Source: Bryobacteraceae bacterium
GTDB taxonomy: Bacteria > Acidobacteriota > Terriglobia > Bryobacterales > Bryobacteraceae
Reading direction: 5' to 3'
Assembly: GCA_036404395.1 (NCBI GenBank)
Contig: DASWZP010000168.1
Coordinates: forward strand, 15,400 to 79,399
DNA: 64,000 nucleotides
A program made the translations under genes and the position numbers. How positions within the stretch are numbered: position 1 is the stretch's first letter; every line of letters begins with the position of its first letter. The notes beneath the pieces were generated by a model that was given only the letters and a program-made list of their open reading frames with translations, searched no databases and was not told where the DNA came from. Shown here piece after piece: positions 52,519-61,805 of the stretch.

Positions 52519-53274
52519 ATGAGGGCCCTATTCAGGATTACCCTTTCGTTCACATTGCTGGCGTGGTGCGCCATGGCGCAACACGGCGGCGGACATGGCG
52601 GCGGATCGCATGCTTCGATGGGAGGCGGCAGCCGCGGCGCCGTGTCGAGTGGTTTTCACGGTGGCAGTTACGGAGCAGTGCGCGGCGGAGCGGTCGGCTC
52701 GGGATACCGCGGCGGCATCGGCTATGGCGGCCTTCGAGGCTATGGCTACGGTTACCGGGGCTACGGGTATCGCGGAGGCTACTGGCCATATTACGGCTGG
52801 GGTTATCCCTGGTACGGCTTCGGTTTCTCGTCTTGGCCCGGTTATTACAACGGATATTACAACTATTATCCGTATGATTACTATTATCCGGACACTTACA
52901 GCGATCCGGCTTATGCATACACACCCGCCCCCGCGGCAACTTACGCTCCGGCGCAGGGTGACCCTTACGGGCAAGCAGCCACGTCTGGCACTTACGGCGG
53001 CGCGGCGCATTCTGTAACCCACACTTATGACGAGTACGGGCAGGAGACGGCGGCTGCCGGTGGAAGCGCCGCGAATTCCTCACCCATTTACCTGTTCGCG
53101 CAGAAGGACGGCGGAATTCAGGCGGCGGCTTCCTATTGGATCGCGGACCAGAGGCTGCACTACGTCACGCTGGATCGCCAGGAAAAGCAGGTGGACCTGA
53201 GCTCGATCGACCGCGCCCTCACCCAGCAGTTGAACCGCGAGCGCCACGTTTCCATCACGCTGCCGCCACAATAA
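52519..53274 (+). CDS. secreted Gly/Tyr-rich low-complexity protein with a conserved globular C-terminal domain
   Basis: Signal peptide (LSFTLLAWCAMAQ). GYGYGYRGYGYRGGYWPYYGWGYPWYGFGF / YYNGYYNYYPYDYYYP tract. C-terminal IYLFAQKDGGIQAAASYWIADQRLHYVTLDRQEKQVDLSSID...LN. Confidence 0.7.
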   Translation: MRALFRITLSFTLLAWCAMAQHGGGHGGGSHASMGGGSRGAVSSGFHGGSYGAVRGGAVGSGYRGGIGYGGLRGYGYGYRGYGYRGGYWPYYGWGYPWYGFGFSSWPGYYNGYYNYYPYDYYYPDTYSDPAYAYTPAPAATYAPAQGDPYGQAATSGTYGGAAHSVTHTYDEYGQETAAAGGSAANSSPIYLFAQKDGGIQAAASYWIADQRLHYVTLDRQEKQVDLSSIDRALTQQLNRERHVSITLPPQ

Positions 53275-53496
53275 CCCGGCGCGTCTGAGCGTGGGGAAGC
53301 TATCTGCGGTGGAACATTCGAGGTTGGCAGGCGAAAGCGCCTGCCCCACTGTTCTTCGCAATAACTTATGGCATCTCGGACGCACCGCGCCATAGTGTTC
53401 GAGTATCAATTCGATTGACGCTCCACGCAAGTTCGGTTATACTCGCCAAAAGCCGGAAGGTGCGCCTTCGGGCCTTGGGCACTCAGGACCGATTGA

Positions 53497-53985
53497 ATGA
53501 CAGCGAAACCACTGACCGGACGCCTGCCAATTGCCAGACTCGGCTTCTACATCGTCTGTATCGTCTTGGTGGGGGTAATGTGGCAGGTTACGAACTATGT
53601 GAATAGCAGGCCTTACCCGACGGCGCCAGATAGCCAGCCGGAGATGGACAAAGCCGTGGACGCCTATGAGAATATCAACAATCTGCTGATCACTCTAGGC
53701 ACTGGACTCTTGGGAGCGATGGGTTTCCTGCTGACCAGCAAGCCCCGAGAGCACTATCGGCTGCGGGAAATGTGGCCCGCCGTCCTCAGTGCGGTTTTTG
53801 TCGGCCTCTCCCTTTACTTCGGGTATATCTCCTACCAGAACGTCGAATTTGTGCTCCTGAACTCGGTCGGGACGCTCGACATCGACCTGGTTCAATTGCC
53901 GAAGACCGCGCATTTTTATACATTGCTATTAGGTGTTTTCTTTTTCGCTGACTTTGTGATGCAAGACCTAGGCAAGGCGGACTAA
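53497..53985 (+). CDS. four-TM membrane protein, function unknown
   Basis: Four hydrophobic helices. The segment is AT-richer. The next gene starts 2 nt after its stop. Confidence 0.55.
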   Translation: MTAKPLTGRLPIARLGFYIVCIVLVGVMWQVTNYVNSRPYPTAPDSQPEMDKAVDAYENINNLLITLGTGLLGAMGFLLTSKPREHYRLREMWPAVLSAVFVGLSLYFGYISYQNVEFVLLNSVGTLDIDLVQLPKTAHFYTLLLGVFFFADFVMQDLGKAD

Positions 53986-53986
53986 C

Positions 53987-54319
53987 ATGAAAACGCAACG
54001 GCTGCTCCCAGTGCTGGAACTGGCGCTGTGCTGCCTCTTCCTGTTCCCCGGGCTATTGCGGTCGCAGATGCCCCAGAAGCCAGGCAGGCTGACCGTCGAT
54101 TCCACGCCGCCCGGCGCCACCGTGGCCATTGACAACCGGCAAATGAGCCGGCCGACACCGTTTACGTTTGTGCTCTCGCCCGGCCAGCACAGCGTAAACG
54201 TGAGAGGCAAAGACCAGGCCGGCAAGGACATGAGCTGCACTGCCTCGCTGAACATCGCAGCCGGAGCCGCCAAGTCGGTCCACTGCACGGCGAGAGGATG
54301 GGATCCACCAGTTAGATAG
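53987..54319 (+). CDS. PEGA-domain secreted protein
   Basis: Signal peptide, then GRLTVDSTPPGATVAIDNRQMSRPTPFTFVLSPGQHSVNV (PEGA motif). Confidence 0.75.
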   Translation: MKTQRLLPVLELALCCLFLFPGLLRSQMPQKPGRLTVDSTPPGATVAIDNRQMSRPTPFTFVLSPGQHSVNVRGKDQAGKDMSCTASLNIAAGAAKSVHCTARGWDPPVR

Positions 54320-54395
54320 GCGAACCATCGCGGGTGGATTTGGCTCCGGAGAGCTCGTTCGATAAGTGCTGTGACAACCGGTGCCTATGATCTGC

Positions 54396-54445
54396 GAAGA
54401 AGCGCGCCCGCAAGCGGGCGTTGGCAAGCTAAAGCATGCCCTACC
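54396..54445 (-). repeat. family F1 copy C, downstream of smc
   Basis: Minus strand reads GGTAGGGCATGCTTTAGCTTGCCAA-CGCCCG-CTTG-CGGGCG-CGCTTCTTC (weak U-tract). Confidence 0.7.
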
Positions 54446-54475
54446 ATAGGGAGCGGTCGGCGGCGATAACCTCCC

Positions 54476-57400
54476 TTACGCTGCCGCTTCGGCGGGGCCG
54501 AAGCGCACGGCCACCAGGCGCGAGACGCCGGGCTCCTGCATGGTCACGCCGTAGAGCGCCTCGGCGGCTTCCATGGTGCGCTTGGAGTGCGTGATCACCA
54601 CGAACTGCGTTTCGAGCGACATCTCTTTCAGCAGCAACGTGAGCCTGCCGATGTTGGCCTCGTCGAGCGGCGCGTCCACTTCGTCCAGCACGCAGAATGG
54701 GCTCGGCTGGTAGCGGAAAATGGCCATCAGCAGCGCCACCGCGGCCAGCGCCTTTTCGCCGCCCGATAGCAGCAGCACATTTTGCAGCCGTTTGCCCGGC
54801 GGCGAGCAAACGATGTCGATGCCCGATTCGGCGAGGTTCTCCTGGTCGGTGAGGCGCATTTCGCCGGTGCCCCCGCCGAACAGCGACTGGAACATGCCGC
54901 GGAAATTGGCGTTGATGGCCTCGAACGCCTCGGCGAACTTCTGCCGCGAGACCTGGTCGATCTCCTGAATCGCTTTCTCGGTGTCGCGGATGGAATCGAG
55001 CAGGTCCTGGCGCTGCACGCTCAGGAACTCCTGCCGCTGCTGCGCCTCCTGGAACTCTTCCATGGCGGCCGGATTCACCGCGCCCAGCCCCTCGATGCGC
55101 TGGCGAATCTCATTGGCGCCCTGCTCGGCGGCGGCGATCGAGTCGGCGTCCGGAACCGGATCGTCGGCCGGAGCCAAGTCCTCCACCGCGCAATTCAACT
55201 CCTTGCGGCTGGTCTCGTCCAGATACTTCAGCTCCGCCTGTTTGCGTACCAGCTCGACTTCGATCTGCGCACGCCGTTCCTGGCTCTCCTGCACGGCCTG
55301 GCGCAGGGTCTTCAGCTCTTCTTCTCCGGCGCGCAGCGCCTCGCGCGCGGCCGCGTCTTCGACCGCCATCTCATTGACGGCGGCTTCCACGCGGGAGATT
55401 TCGGCCGCCAACTCGGCGCCGCGCCGGTCGAGCTCGATGTTGTCCGCCAAGAGGCATGCACGCTGCTCACCCAGCCGCTCGATTTCCGCCGCCGTCGCGT
55501 TGCGCCGGTTGGTGGTCTCCTGGAACTGCTGCTCAAGCCGTCCCATGGCGCTGCGCTCGCCGCGGTGGCGCTCCTCCAATCCGGCTAGATCGGCGCGCGT
55601 GGCCGCGTGCTCTTCGCCGATGGCCGCCGCTTCCGCTTCCAGCTTCTCGGCTTCCTGCCGCTCCGCCTCGAGCGCCTCTTCGCGAGCCGCGCGCTGGCGG
55701 TCCTTCTCTTCCACCGCGGCGCGGTTGCGCTCGCGGTCGCCGGCGGATTTCTCCGCGTCGCGGCGCAGCCGCTCCAACTCGAGGCGCGCCACCGAGACCT
55801 TCGAATTGGCGCGCGAGAGATCCTCGGCCAGTTTGCGCACGTCGTGATCGAGCGCCACGCGATCCTTTTCGCGCGCCTGTTGCAGACTGCGCAGCCGTTC
55901 CACCTCGGCCTCCAGGCCGAGGATCTCCCGGCTGATCGCGTCGAGGCGCGCCACCTGGTCGTCGAGCGCCGTCTGCCGCTCGCCCACCGCGACCGCGAGC
56001 TCGCGCGCTTCGCGCTTCATGGCCAGCGGTCCGGCGCCGGTTTTCTTACCGCCGGTCACCGTGTGGCCGTGGTAGCAGACGCCATCGGGAAGCAGAAAAT
56101 AGAGGTGCGGATAGGCCATCGAGAGCCGCTGCGCCGCGCCGCGGTCCTCGGCCACGAAGCACAGTGAAACACGCGGCAGCAGATCCGCGGCGCGATCGCG
56201 AAATCCGTTGGTGAGCCGCAGCGAATCGCTCAAGCGCGCCGCGATACCGGTTTCCGGGCCGATGGCCGGCTCCGGCAAGCGCGCCTTGCCGTTGCCGTTC
56301 GGCTCCGGATGCACCAGAAACGTGGCGCGGCCGCTCAGCTCGGCGCGGATGAAGTCCAGCCCCCGCTCGGCCTGCTGCCAGCTTTCCACCACCACGTATT
56401 CCAGCTCGTCGTGGAGAAACTCCTCCGCCGGCTTTTCATACTGCGGGTCTACTTCCACGTAGTCGGCCAGCACGCCGGCCGGCTTCAGGTCGCCGGCCCT
56501 GCCGGTTTCGAGCGACGCGAACAGCTTCTTCACCGATTCGGTAGTGTAGCTGCGGTGCGCCAGCACCTGCTCCAGCGATTCCTTGCGCGCGCGAATCCGC
56601 GATACTTCGGTCTTCTCGTGGTCGATGGCCTGCCGCAGTTCGGCGGCCGCCTGTCGGCGGGCGGCGAGATCTTCTTCCGTGCGGCGCCGCTCGCCGGTGA
56701 CCGCTTCCAATTCGAGCTGGCGCGCCGCCACGGTTTCGGCGAGTTGATGACGCGCCGCTTCCAAACGCTCGATTTCGGCCGCCGCCACCTGCTCTTCCTT
56801 CATCGAACGTGTGGTTTCGCGCTCGATGCTGGCGAGATACTCCTCCATCTGCGCCAGTTGATTCCGCAGGTGCGACGCCTCGCCGAGCAGCCGCAGGATG
56901 GCCTGCCGGCCGGCTTCGATGGCGCCTTCGCGCTCGCGCAGCCGGGCCTGCAAAGCGTCGCGCTGCTGGTTGATGCCAAGCAACCGGGCACGCGCCTCGG
57001 TAATCTGCTCGTCCAGTGCCGTGACGCAGCGCTGGTGGACCGCGATCTCGCCATCCAGTTGTTCCAGCCGCTTCCCTAACCGCTCGGATTCGTTTTCCGC
57101 CTGTGCTATCCGTTCCTCGATGGCGCCGCTCTCTTTCACCTGGCTGGCCAGCCGGCCGCGCGTGCGTTCAGCTTCCACGTTGGCTTCGGAAAGCTCCATG
57201 CGCGCCGCGGTCAACCGCTCTTCGAGCTCATAGCATCCCGCCTGCGCCCGCTCGTGCGCCTGTTCCTGTTCCGCCACCTGCCCGCCCAGGCTCCTGAATT
57301 CCGCCGCCGCCAGATTCAAATCGATGGCGGTCTTGGCCGCATCGCGCTCCAGCAGCCGGTACTTGCCGGATAGCACCACCTTCAGCCGGCTCTCCAGTTC

Positions 57401-58108
57401 GATCTTCAACTCACCGTACCGCCGGGCCTTCTGCGCCTGCCGCTTGAGCGAATTGGCCTGCCGCGTCACTTCTTCCAAAATGTCGTACACGCGCGACAGG
57501 TTCTGCTTGGCGCCTTCCAACTTGGCCTCCGCCAGCCGCTTCCGCGTTTTGAACTTGGTGATGCCCGCCGCTTCTTCGATCACGCCGCGCCGGTCCTGCG
57601 GCTTCGAGCTCAAGATCTGCCCGATGCGCCCCTGCTCGATGATGGCGTAGCTTTCCGGCCCCAGGCCGGTGCCCATGAACAGGTCCTGAATATCGCGCAG
57701 CCGCGCCGCCCGCCCGTCGATCAGGTACTCGCTGTCCCCGCTCCGGAACAACCGCCGCGTGATGGTGATCTCGCCGCGTTTCTTGGCCCCGCCTTCTTCC
57801 ACAGCCTGCAGTTTGTGGGCGTCATGTCCGGTGTAATGTTCCGGGTCCACCAGGGTCATGGTCACGTAGGCCATGCCCAGCGGTTTGCGATCGCGCGTAC
57901 CGGCAAAAATCACGTCTTCCATTCGCGTACCGCGCAGGCTCTTGGCCGACTGTTCGCCCAGCACCCAACTGATGGCATCGGAAATGTTCGACTTGCCGCA
58001 CCCGTTGGGCCCGACGATGCCGGCGATGCCGGCTCCATTGAAACGGAGCTCGGTGCGCTCGCAAAAGGACTTGAAACCCTGTAGTTCGACGCGTTTTAGT
58101 TTCAGCAA
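54476..58108 (-). CDS. smc: chromosome segregation protein SMC
   Basis: N-terminal Walker A GPNGCGKSN. Long coiled coils with a central hinge. C-terminal LSGGEKALAAVALL signature and Walker B FCVLDEVDAPLD. Confidence 0.95.
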   Translation of the reverse strand: MLKLKRVELQGFKSFCERTELRFNGAGIAGIVGPNGCGKSNISDAISWVLGEQSAKSLRGTRMEDVIFAGTRDRKPLGMAYVTMTLVDPEHYTGHDAHKLQAVEEGGAKKRGEITITRRLFRSGDSEYLIDGRAARLRDIQDLFMGTGLGPESYAIIEQGRIGQILSSKPQDRRGVIEEAAGITKFKTRKRLAEAKLEGAKQNLSRVYDILEEVTRQANSLKRQAQKARRYGELKIELESRLKVVLSGKYRLLERDAAKTAIDLNLAAAEFRSLGGQVAEQEQAHERAQAGCYELEERLTAARMELSEANVEAERTRGRLASQVKESGAIEERIAQAENESERLGKRLEQLDGEIAVHQRCVTALDEQITEARARLLGINQQRDALQARLREREGAIEAGRQAILRLLGEASHLRNQLAQMEEYLASIERETTRSMKEEQVAAAEIERLEAARHQLAETVAARQLELEAVTGERRRTEEDLAARRQAAAELRQAIDHEKTEVSRIRARKESLEQVLAHRSYTTESVKKLFASLETGRAGDLKPAGVLADYVEVDPQYEKPAEEFLHDELEYVVVESWQQAERGLDFIRAELSGRATFLVHPEPNGNGKARLPEPAIGPETGIAARLSDSLRLTNGFRDRAADLLPRVSLCFVAEDRGAAQRLSMAYPHLYFLLPDGVCYHGHTVTGGKKTGAGPLAMKREARELAVAVGERQTALDDQVARLDAISREILGLEAEVERLRSLQQAREKDRVALDHDVRKLAEDLSRANSKVSVARLELERLRRDAEKSAGDRERNRAAVEEKDRQRAAREEALEAERQEAEKLEAEAAAIGEEHAATRADLAGLEERHRGERSAMGRLEQQFQETTNRRNATAAEIERLGEQRACLLADNIELDRRGAELAAEISRVEAAVNEMAVEDAAAREALRAGEEELKTLRQAVQESQERRAQIEVELVRKQAELKYLDETSRKELNCAVEDLAPADDPVPDADSIAAAEQGANEIRQRIEGLGAVNPAAMEEFQEAQQRQEFLSVQRQDLLDSIRDTEKAIQEIDQVSRQKFAEAFEAINANFRGMFQSLFGGGTGEMRLTDQENLAESGIDIVCSPPGKRLQNVLLLSGGEKALAAVALLMAIFRYQPSPFCVLDEVDAPLDEANIGRLTLLLKEMSLETQFVVITHSKRTMEAAEALYGVTMQEPGVSRLVAVRFGPAEAAA

Positions 58109-58240
58109 AGCTTTAACCTCGCTCGCGATCGGGGGAGTGTAACCATACTAAACCCGTTCGGCACCAAAGTAAAGTGCTCCCACCCCTTTATGTTGGGGTT
58201 CGGACCATAGCGCTACTATCGATAGGATACCGCATCCTCC

Positions 58241-58287
58241 GGATAGGGCATGCTCTAGCTTGCCGGCGCCGGCTTGCCGCAGTTTTT
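58241..58287 (+). repeat. family F1 copy D (diverged, opposite orientation) in the smc / aminotransferase divergent region
   Basis: GGATAGGGCATGCTCTAGCTTGCCGG-CGCCGG-CTTG-CCGCAG-TTTTTC. The box is conserved and the stem is degenerate. Confidence 0.6.
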
Positions 58288-58505
58288 CGCCACTCCGCAG
58301 CAAACGGTACTCCAGCTTCTTCAAGATCCTGCTGACGGCGGAGTGGCGCTCGACATTTATCAGGCCGGGCACGCGAGTGGCTTTCGGGAAGGTAGCACGG
58401 GGCGCACGGAGCACGCCCCAACTGCTCCGATTATACGCCCCCTGCGGATCGGTTGCCAGCGATGCTTGACACCCTCACAGTGCCGGGCATACGCTCAAAA
58501 AAACC

Positions 58506-59774
58506 ATGCCCCACCGCCGACAGTTCCTGCAATCGGTCTCGGCCTCCGCGCTGGCCTCGCCGTGGCTGCCCGGCGTTGCCTCGGCCGAAGATGCCGGCGC
58601 GCCACCGCTGCCCAACGCCGCCGACCCGGCCTACTGGGACAAGCTGCGCGATCAGTTTCCGCTGGCCCGCGACAAGGTCTTCTTCAATAACGGAACCATC
58701 GGCGCCATGCCGCGCGTGGTCCTCGAGCGGACCGTCGAACACCTGCGCCGGATGGCCATCGACATCGCCGACTGGGATTACCGCGGCCCCAACTGGATCG
58801 GCGGCTATGACCCCATGGAGGCGCTGCGCACCAAGGCCGCGCGCCTGGTCAACGCGGATTGGAAAGAGATCGCGCTCACCGAAAACGTCACCTGCGCCAA
58901 TAGCTACATTGCGGCCGGCCTGGATCTGCCGGCCGGCGCGGAGATCCTGATGAGCGACCAGGAGCATCCCGGCGGCGAAAGCCCTTGGCTCACCGCTGCC
59001 AAACGTCACGGCGGCACGGTAGTCAAAGTCGCACTGCCCCGCCCCGCCCACCGTCCGGCGGAATTGATCGATCTCGTCCGGCGCGCCTTCACGCCACGCA
59101 CGCGCGTGCTCTATCTTTCGCACGTGATCACCGGCAGCGGCGCCATCGTGCCCGTGAAGGAGATCTGCGCCGAAGCCAGAGCTCGCGGCATCCTCACCGT
59201 CATCGATGGCGCGCAGGCACTCGGCCACATTCCGGTGGACGTGCGGGACATCGGCTGCGATGCCTACGTCGCCTGTTTCCACAAATGGCTGCTGGCGCCC
59301 GCCGGCAATGGCTTCCTTTATGTTCGACGCGACTGCGCCAAGGACGTCTGGACCACGCTCGCATCCGCCAACTGGGCCAATCACGATGACGATGGCTACC
59401 GCCTGACGCAGCGCGGCACCGGCAGCCTGTCGCTGCTGGTGGGCGCCGAAGCCGCACTCGACTTTCACTTCGCCATCGGCCCGGCCCGCGTCCAGCAGCG
59501 CGTCAAGGAACTCGGCGACCGCCTGCGCGCCGGCCTGCGCGAAATCCCCAAGGTGACTATCTACTCCCCCGAGGATCCCGCCATGTGCGCGGGAATGACC
59601 GTCTATTCCATCGACGGCGTCACCGGTCCGAAGCTACAGGACGAAATGTGGAACCGCGGCCGCCTGCGCCCGCGCTCGCTCGGCAACGGCGTCCGCCAGT
59701 GCACTCACATCTTCAACAGCCCCGCCGAAATCGATCGCACACTCGAGATTGCCCGCGCCGTCGCCCGCGGATAA
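58506..59774 (+). CDS. class V-fold PLP-dependent enzyme (cysteine desulfurase / epimerase-like) with a twin-arginine signal
   Basis: MPHRRQFLQSVSASALASPWLPGVASA (Tat motif RRxFL). The HK motif CFHKWL (PLP lysine). Confidence 0.75.
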   Translation: MPHRRQFLQSVSASALASPWLPGVASAEDAGAPPLPNAADPAYWDKLRDQFPLARDKVFFNNGTIGAMPRVVLERTVEHLRRMAIDIADWDYRGPNWIGGYDPMEALRTKAARLVNADWKEIALTENVTCANSYIAAGLDLPAGAEILMSDQEHPGGESPWLTAAKRHGGTVVKVALPRPAHRPAELIDLVRRAFTPRTRVLYLSHVITGSGAIVPVKEICAEARARGILTVIDGAQALGHIPVDVRDIGCDAYVACFHKWLLAPAGNGFLYVRRDCAKDVWTTLASANWANHDDDGYRLTQRGTGSLSLLVGAEAALDFHFAIGPARVQQRVKELGDRLRAGLREIPKVTIYSPEDPAMCAGMTVYSIDGVTGPKLQDEMWNRGRLRPRSLGNGVRQCTHIFNSPAEIDRTLEIARAVARG

Positions 59775-59844
59775 ATTCATTCAGAATTTACTTGACGGAT
59801 GGCGAAGAAAAAGCGAATATAGACGGGAAAGGAAAACACCAGCT

Positions 59845-60348
59845 ATGTTGATTCGAGACGCGCTACTGCCCGAGTTCGATCGGGAAACAGCGACCACCCG
59901 CCGCCTGCTCGAGCGGATCCCCGACGACAAATTCAGCTTCAAGCCCCACCCGAAGTCGATGGACATGGCCTCGCTGGCCACTCATCTTTGCGAGTTGACG
60001 AACTGGACGCCGGAGACTATCAGCAAGGACTCCATCGATCTGGCCAGCTACGATCCCTCGCAGCGCAAGATTGCCGCTTCGCGCGCCGAACTGCTGGAGA
60101 TGTTCGATAAGTCTGTGGCCAGCGCTCGCGCTGCGCTGGCCACTGCGGAGGACGCCCAGTTGATGCAGCCTTGGTCGCTCAAATCCGGCGAGCAGACATT
60201 CTTCACGATGCCGAAGGTGGCTGTGCTGCGCACGTTCGTGTTCAATCATTCGGTGCACCACCGCGGCCAGCTTTCGGTCTACCTGCGCCTCAACGATATC
60301 CCCGTGCCGGCCATGTACGGACCGTCGGCCGACGAGCAGAACTTCTAG
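59845..60348 (+). CDS. DinB-family protein
   Basis: Four-helix DinB pattern with His residues (ATHLCEL, NHSVHHRGQLSVYLR). I chose the start at MLIRDALL. Confidence 0.75.
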   Translation: MLIRDALLPEFDRETATTRRLLERIPDDKFSFKPHPKSMDMASLATHLCELTNWTPETISKDSIDLASYDPSQRKIAASRAELLEMFDKSVASARAALATAEDAQLMQPWSLKSGEQTFFTMPKVAVLRTFVFNHSVHHRGQLSVYLRLNDIPVPAMYGPSADEQNF

Positions 60349-61546
60349 TGTTGTGTCCAACAAATAACTAGACAGGCGGCCCTGATTCGAGTTATCCTTG
60401 AGGCGTGGGTAAGTCGTGTCAGCTTTCCGAAGCGGAGCGGGAGAAACTCCACCAGTGGACCATGGCGCACGGCACTCCACAGCAGGTGGCTCTACGGTGC
60501 CGTATCGTTCTGGGCGCCGCTGCAGGCGAGTCCGATGTCACCATTGCGAAGCGCCTTTCGGTGAATCGAAACACGGTGATTCTGTGGCGAAAACGCTTTG
60601 GTGACGAAGGGCTGGACGGTCTGTGGGACATCGCTCCCGGCAGGGGACGAAAGCCCGTGATTCGAATCGACAAGATTGCCGCTATCGTGGAGGCCACCCT
60701 GCAAACCAAACCGGCGGGGATGACGCGCTGGAGTTGCCGGACCATGGCGCAGAGTCAAGGCGTCAGCAAATCCACTGTCAACAATATCTGGCGCGCCCAC
60801 AATCTACAGCCCCATCGCACGGAGACCTTTGAGCTTTCGCGCGATCCGAAGTTTCTGGAAAAGATGACCGATGTGGTGGGGCTGTATCTGAATCCCCCGC
60901 AACAGGCGATCATACTCTGCGTGGACGAGAAGAGCCAGATTCAGGCCTTGGATCGAACGCAGCCCGGGTTACCCATCAAGAAGGGGCGATGCGGCGCGAT
61001 GACCCACGATTGCAAACGCAACGGCACGACTACCCTGTTCGCCGCGCTGGACACATTACAGGGCAAAGCCGTCGGCGAATGCCATGAGAGACATCGGCAC
61101 CAGGAGTTTCTGAGATTCCTGCGTCGACTCAACACCGAATTCCCCGGCGATGTCCCGTTGCATCTGGTCATGGACAATTACGGGACGCACAAGCACACGA
61201 AAGTGAGGGCCTGGCTGAAACGGAATCCTCGATTCGTGTCCCACTTCGTACCCACGAGTTCCAGTTGGCTGAATCTCGTCGAGGGGTGGTTCGGCCGCCT
61301 GGACAACCAGGCCATCCGCCGCGGCGTCTTTCTCAGCGTAGCCGACCTGAAGGCGTCCATCGGGGCGTTTCTCAAGGCCTGGAACCAAGATCCCAAACCC
61401 TTCGTGTGGACCGCGACCGTCGAATCCATCCAGGAAAAACTCAACCGGCGCCGCCGGACCCTGGAGGAGATCCAGCCCGGCTGCACCAGCCCCAAGTCCA
61501 GGAGGCGGAAACGATGAGCTGTCTAGTTATTTCGAAGACACTACAC
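60348..61546 (+). mobile_element. IS630-family insertion sequence with 28-bp imperfect TIRs and a TA target duplication
   Basis: Left TIR GTGTTGTGTCCAACAAATAACTAGACAG (60348-60375). Reverse complement of the right TIR is GTGTAGTGTCTTCGAAATAACTAGACAG (61519-61546). They match at 23 of 28 positions. TA at 60346-47 and 61547-48. Confidence 0.88.
60405..61517 (+). CDS. IS630-family transposase (HTH + DDE_3)
   Basis: N-terminal HTH (TIAKRLSVNRNTVILWRKRF). DDE region (VDEKSQIQAL, VMDNYGTHKH, SSWLNLVEGWF). Confidence 0.9.
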   Translation: MGKSCQLSEAEREKLHQWTMAHGTPQQVALRCRIVLGAAAGESDVTIAKRLSVNRNTVILWRKRFGDEGLDGLWDIAPGRGRKPVIRIDKIAAIVEATLQTKPAGMTRWSCRTMAQSQGVSKSTVNNIWRAHNLQPHRTETFELSRDPKFLEKMTDVVGLYLNPPQQAIILCVDEKSQIQALDRTQPGLPIKKGRCGAMTHDCKRNGTTTLFAALDTLQGKAVGECHERHRHQEFLRFLRRLNTEFPGDVPLHLVMDNYGTHKHTKVRAWLKRNPRFVSHFVPTSSSWLNLVEGWFGRLDNQAIRRGVFLSVADLKASIGAFLKAWNQDPKPFVWTATVESIQEKLNRRRRTLEEIQPGCTSPKSRRRKR

Positions 61547-61670
61547 TAACGAGGCTCCGCCTCAGACCGACGAGCATGTAGCGTTGGCCCCGACTCCGCT
61601 TGCGTGCATGAAATGGAAGGTGTTAAATCACCTCCATGAATGGGACCACCGTAAGGCGATCGCCTGACAG

Positions 61671-61802
61671 TTGAATGGCCCTGTGGCCCTGGCAGTGGAC
61701 TCGGCCGGAAAGGTGTACGTCGCGGACACCGAGAATCATGTCATCCGCGTCCTGGTCCCAGGCTCTCCCGGGCAGCACCCGCGCGCCGAGACGGCAAAGT
61801 AA
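61671..61802 (+). pseudogene. C-terminal remnant of an NHL-repeat protein
   Basis: LNGPVALAVDSAGKVYVADTENHVIRVLVP is one NHL repeat followed by a stop. There is no upstream coding continuity and it lies next to the IS. Confidence 0.6.
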
Positions 61803-61805
61803 GAA

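Noticed and set aside
3911-58287. Whether the dispersed repeat families (F1-F4) could be a CRISPR array or its remnants.
   Set aside because: The copies are kilobases apart, occur in both orientations, have no regular repeat-spacer periodicity, and no cas genes are present.
58148-58414. 88-aa minus-strand ORF in the smc / aminotransferase intergenic region.
   Set aside because: It is made largely of the F1 copy D sequence, and I recognised no protein motifs in it.
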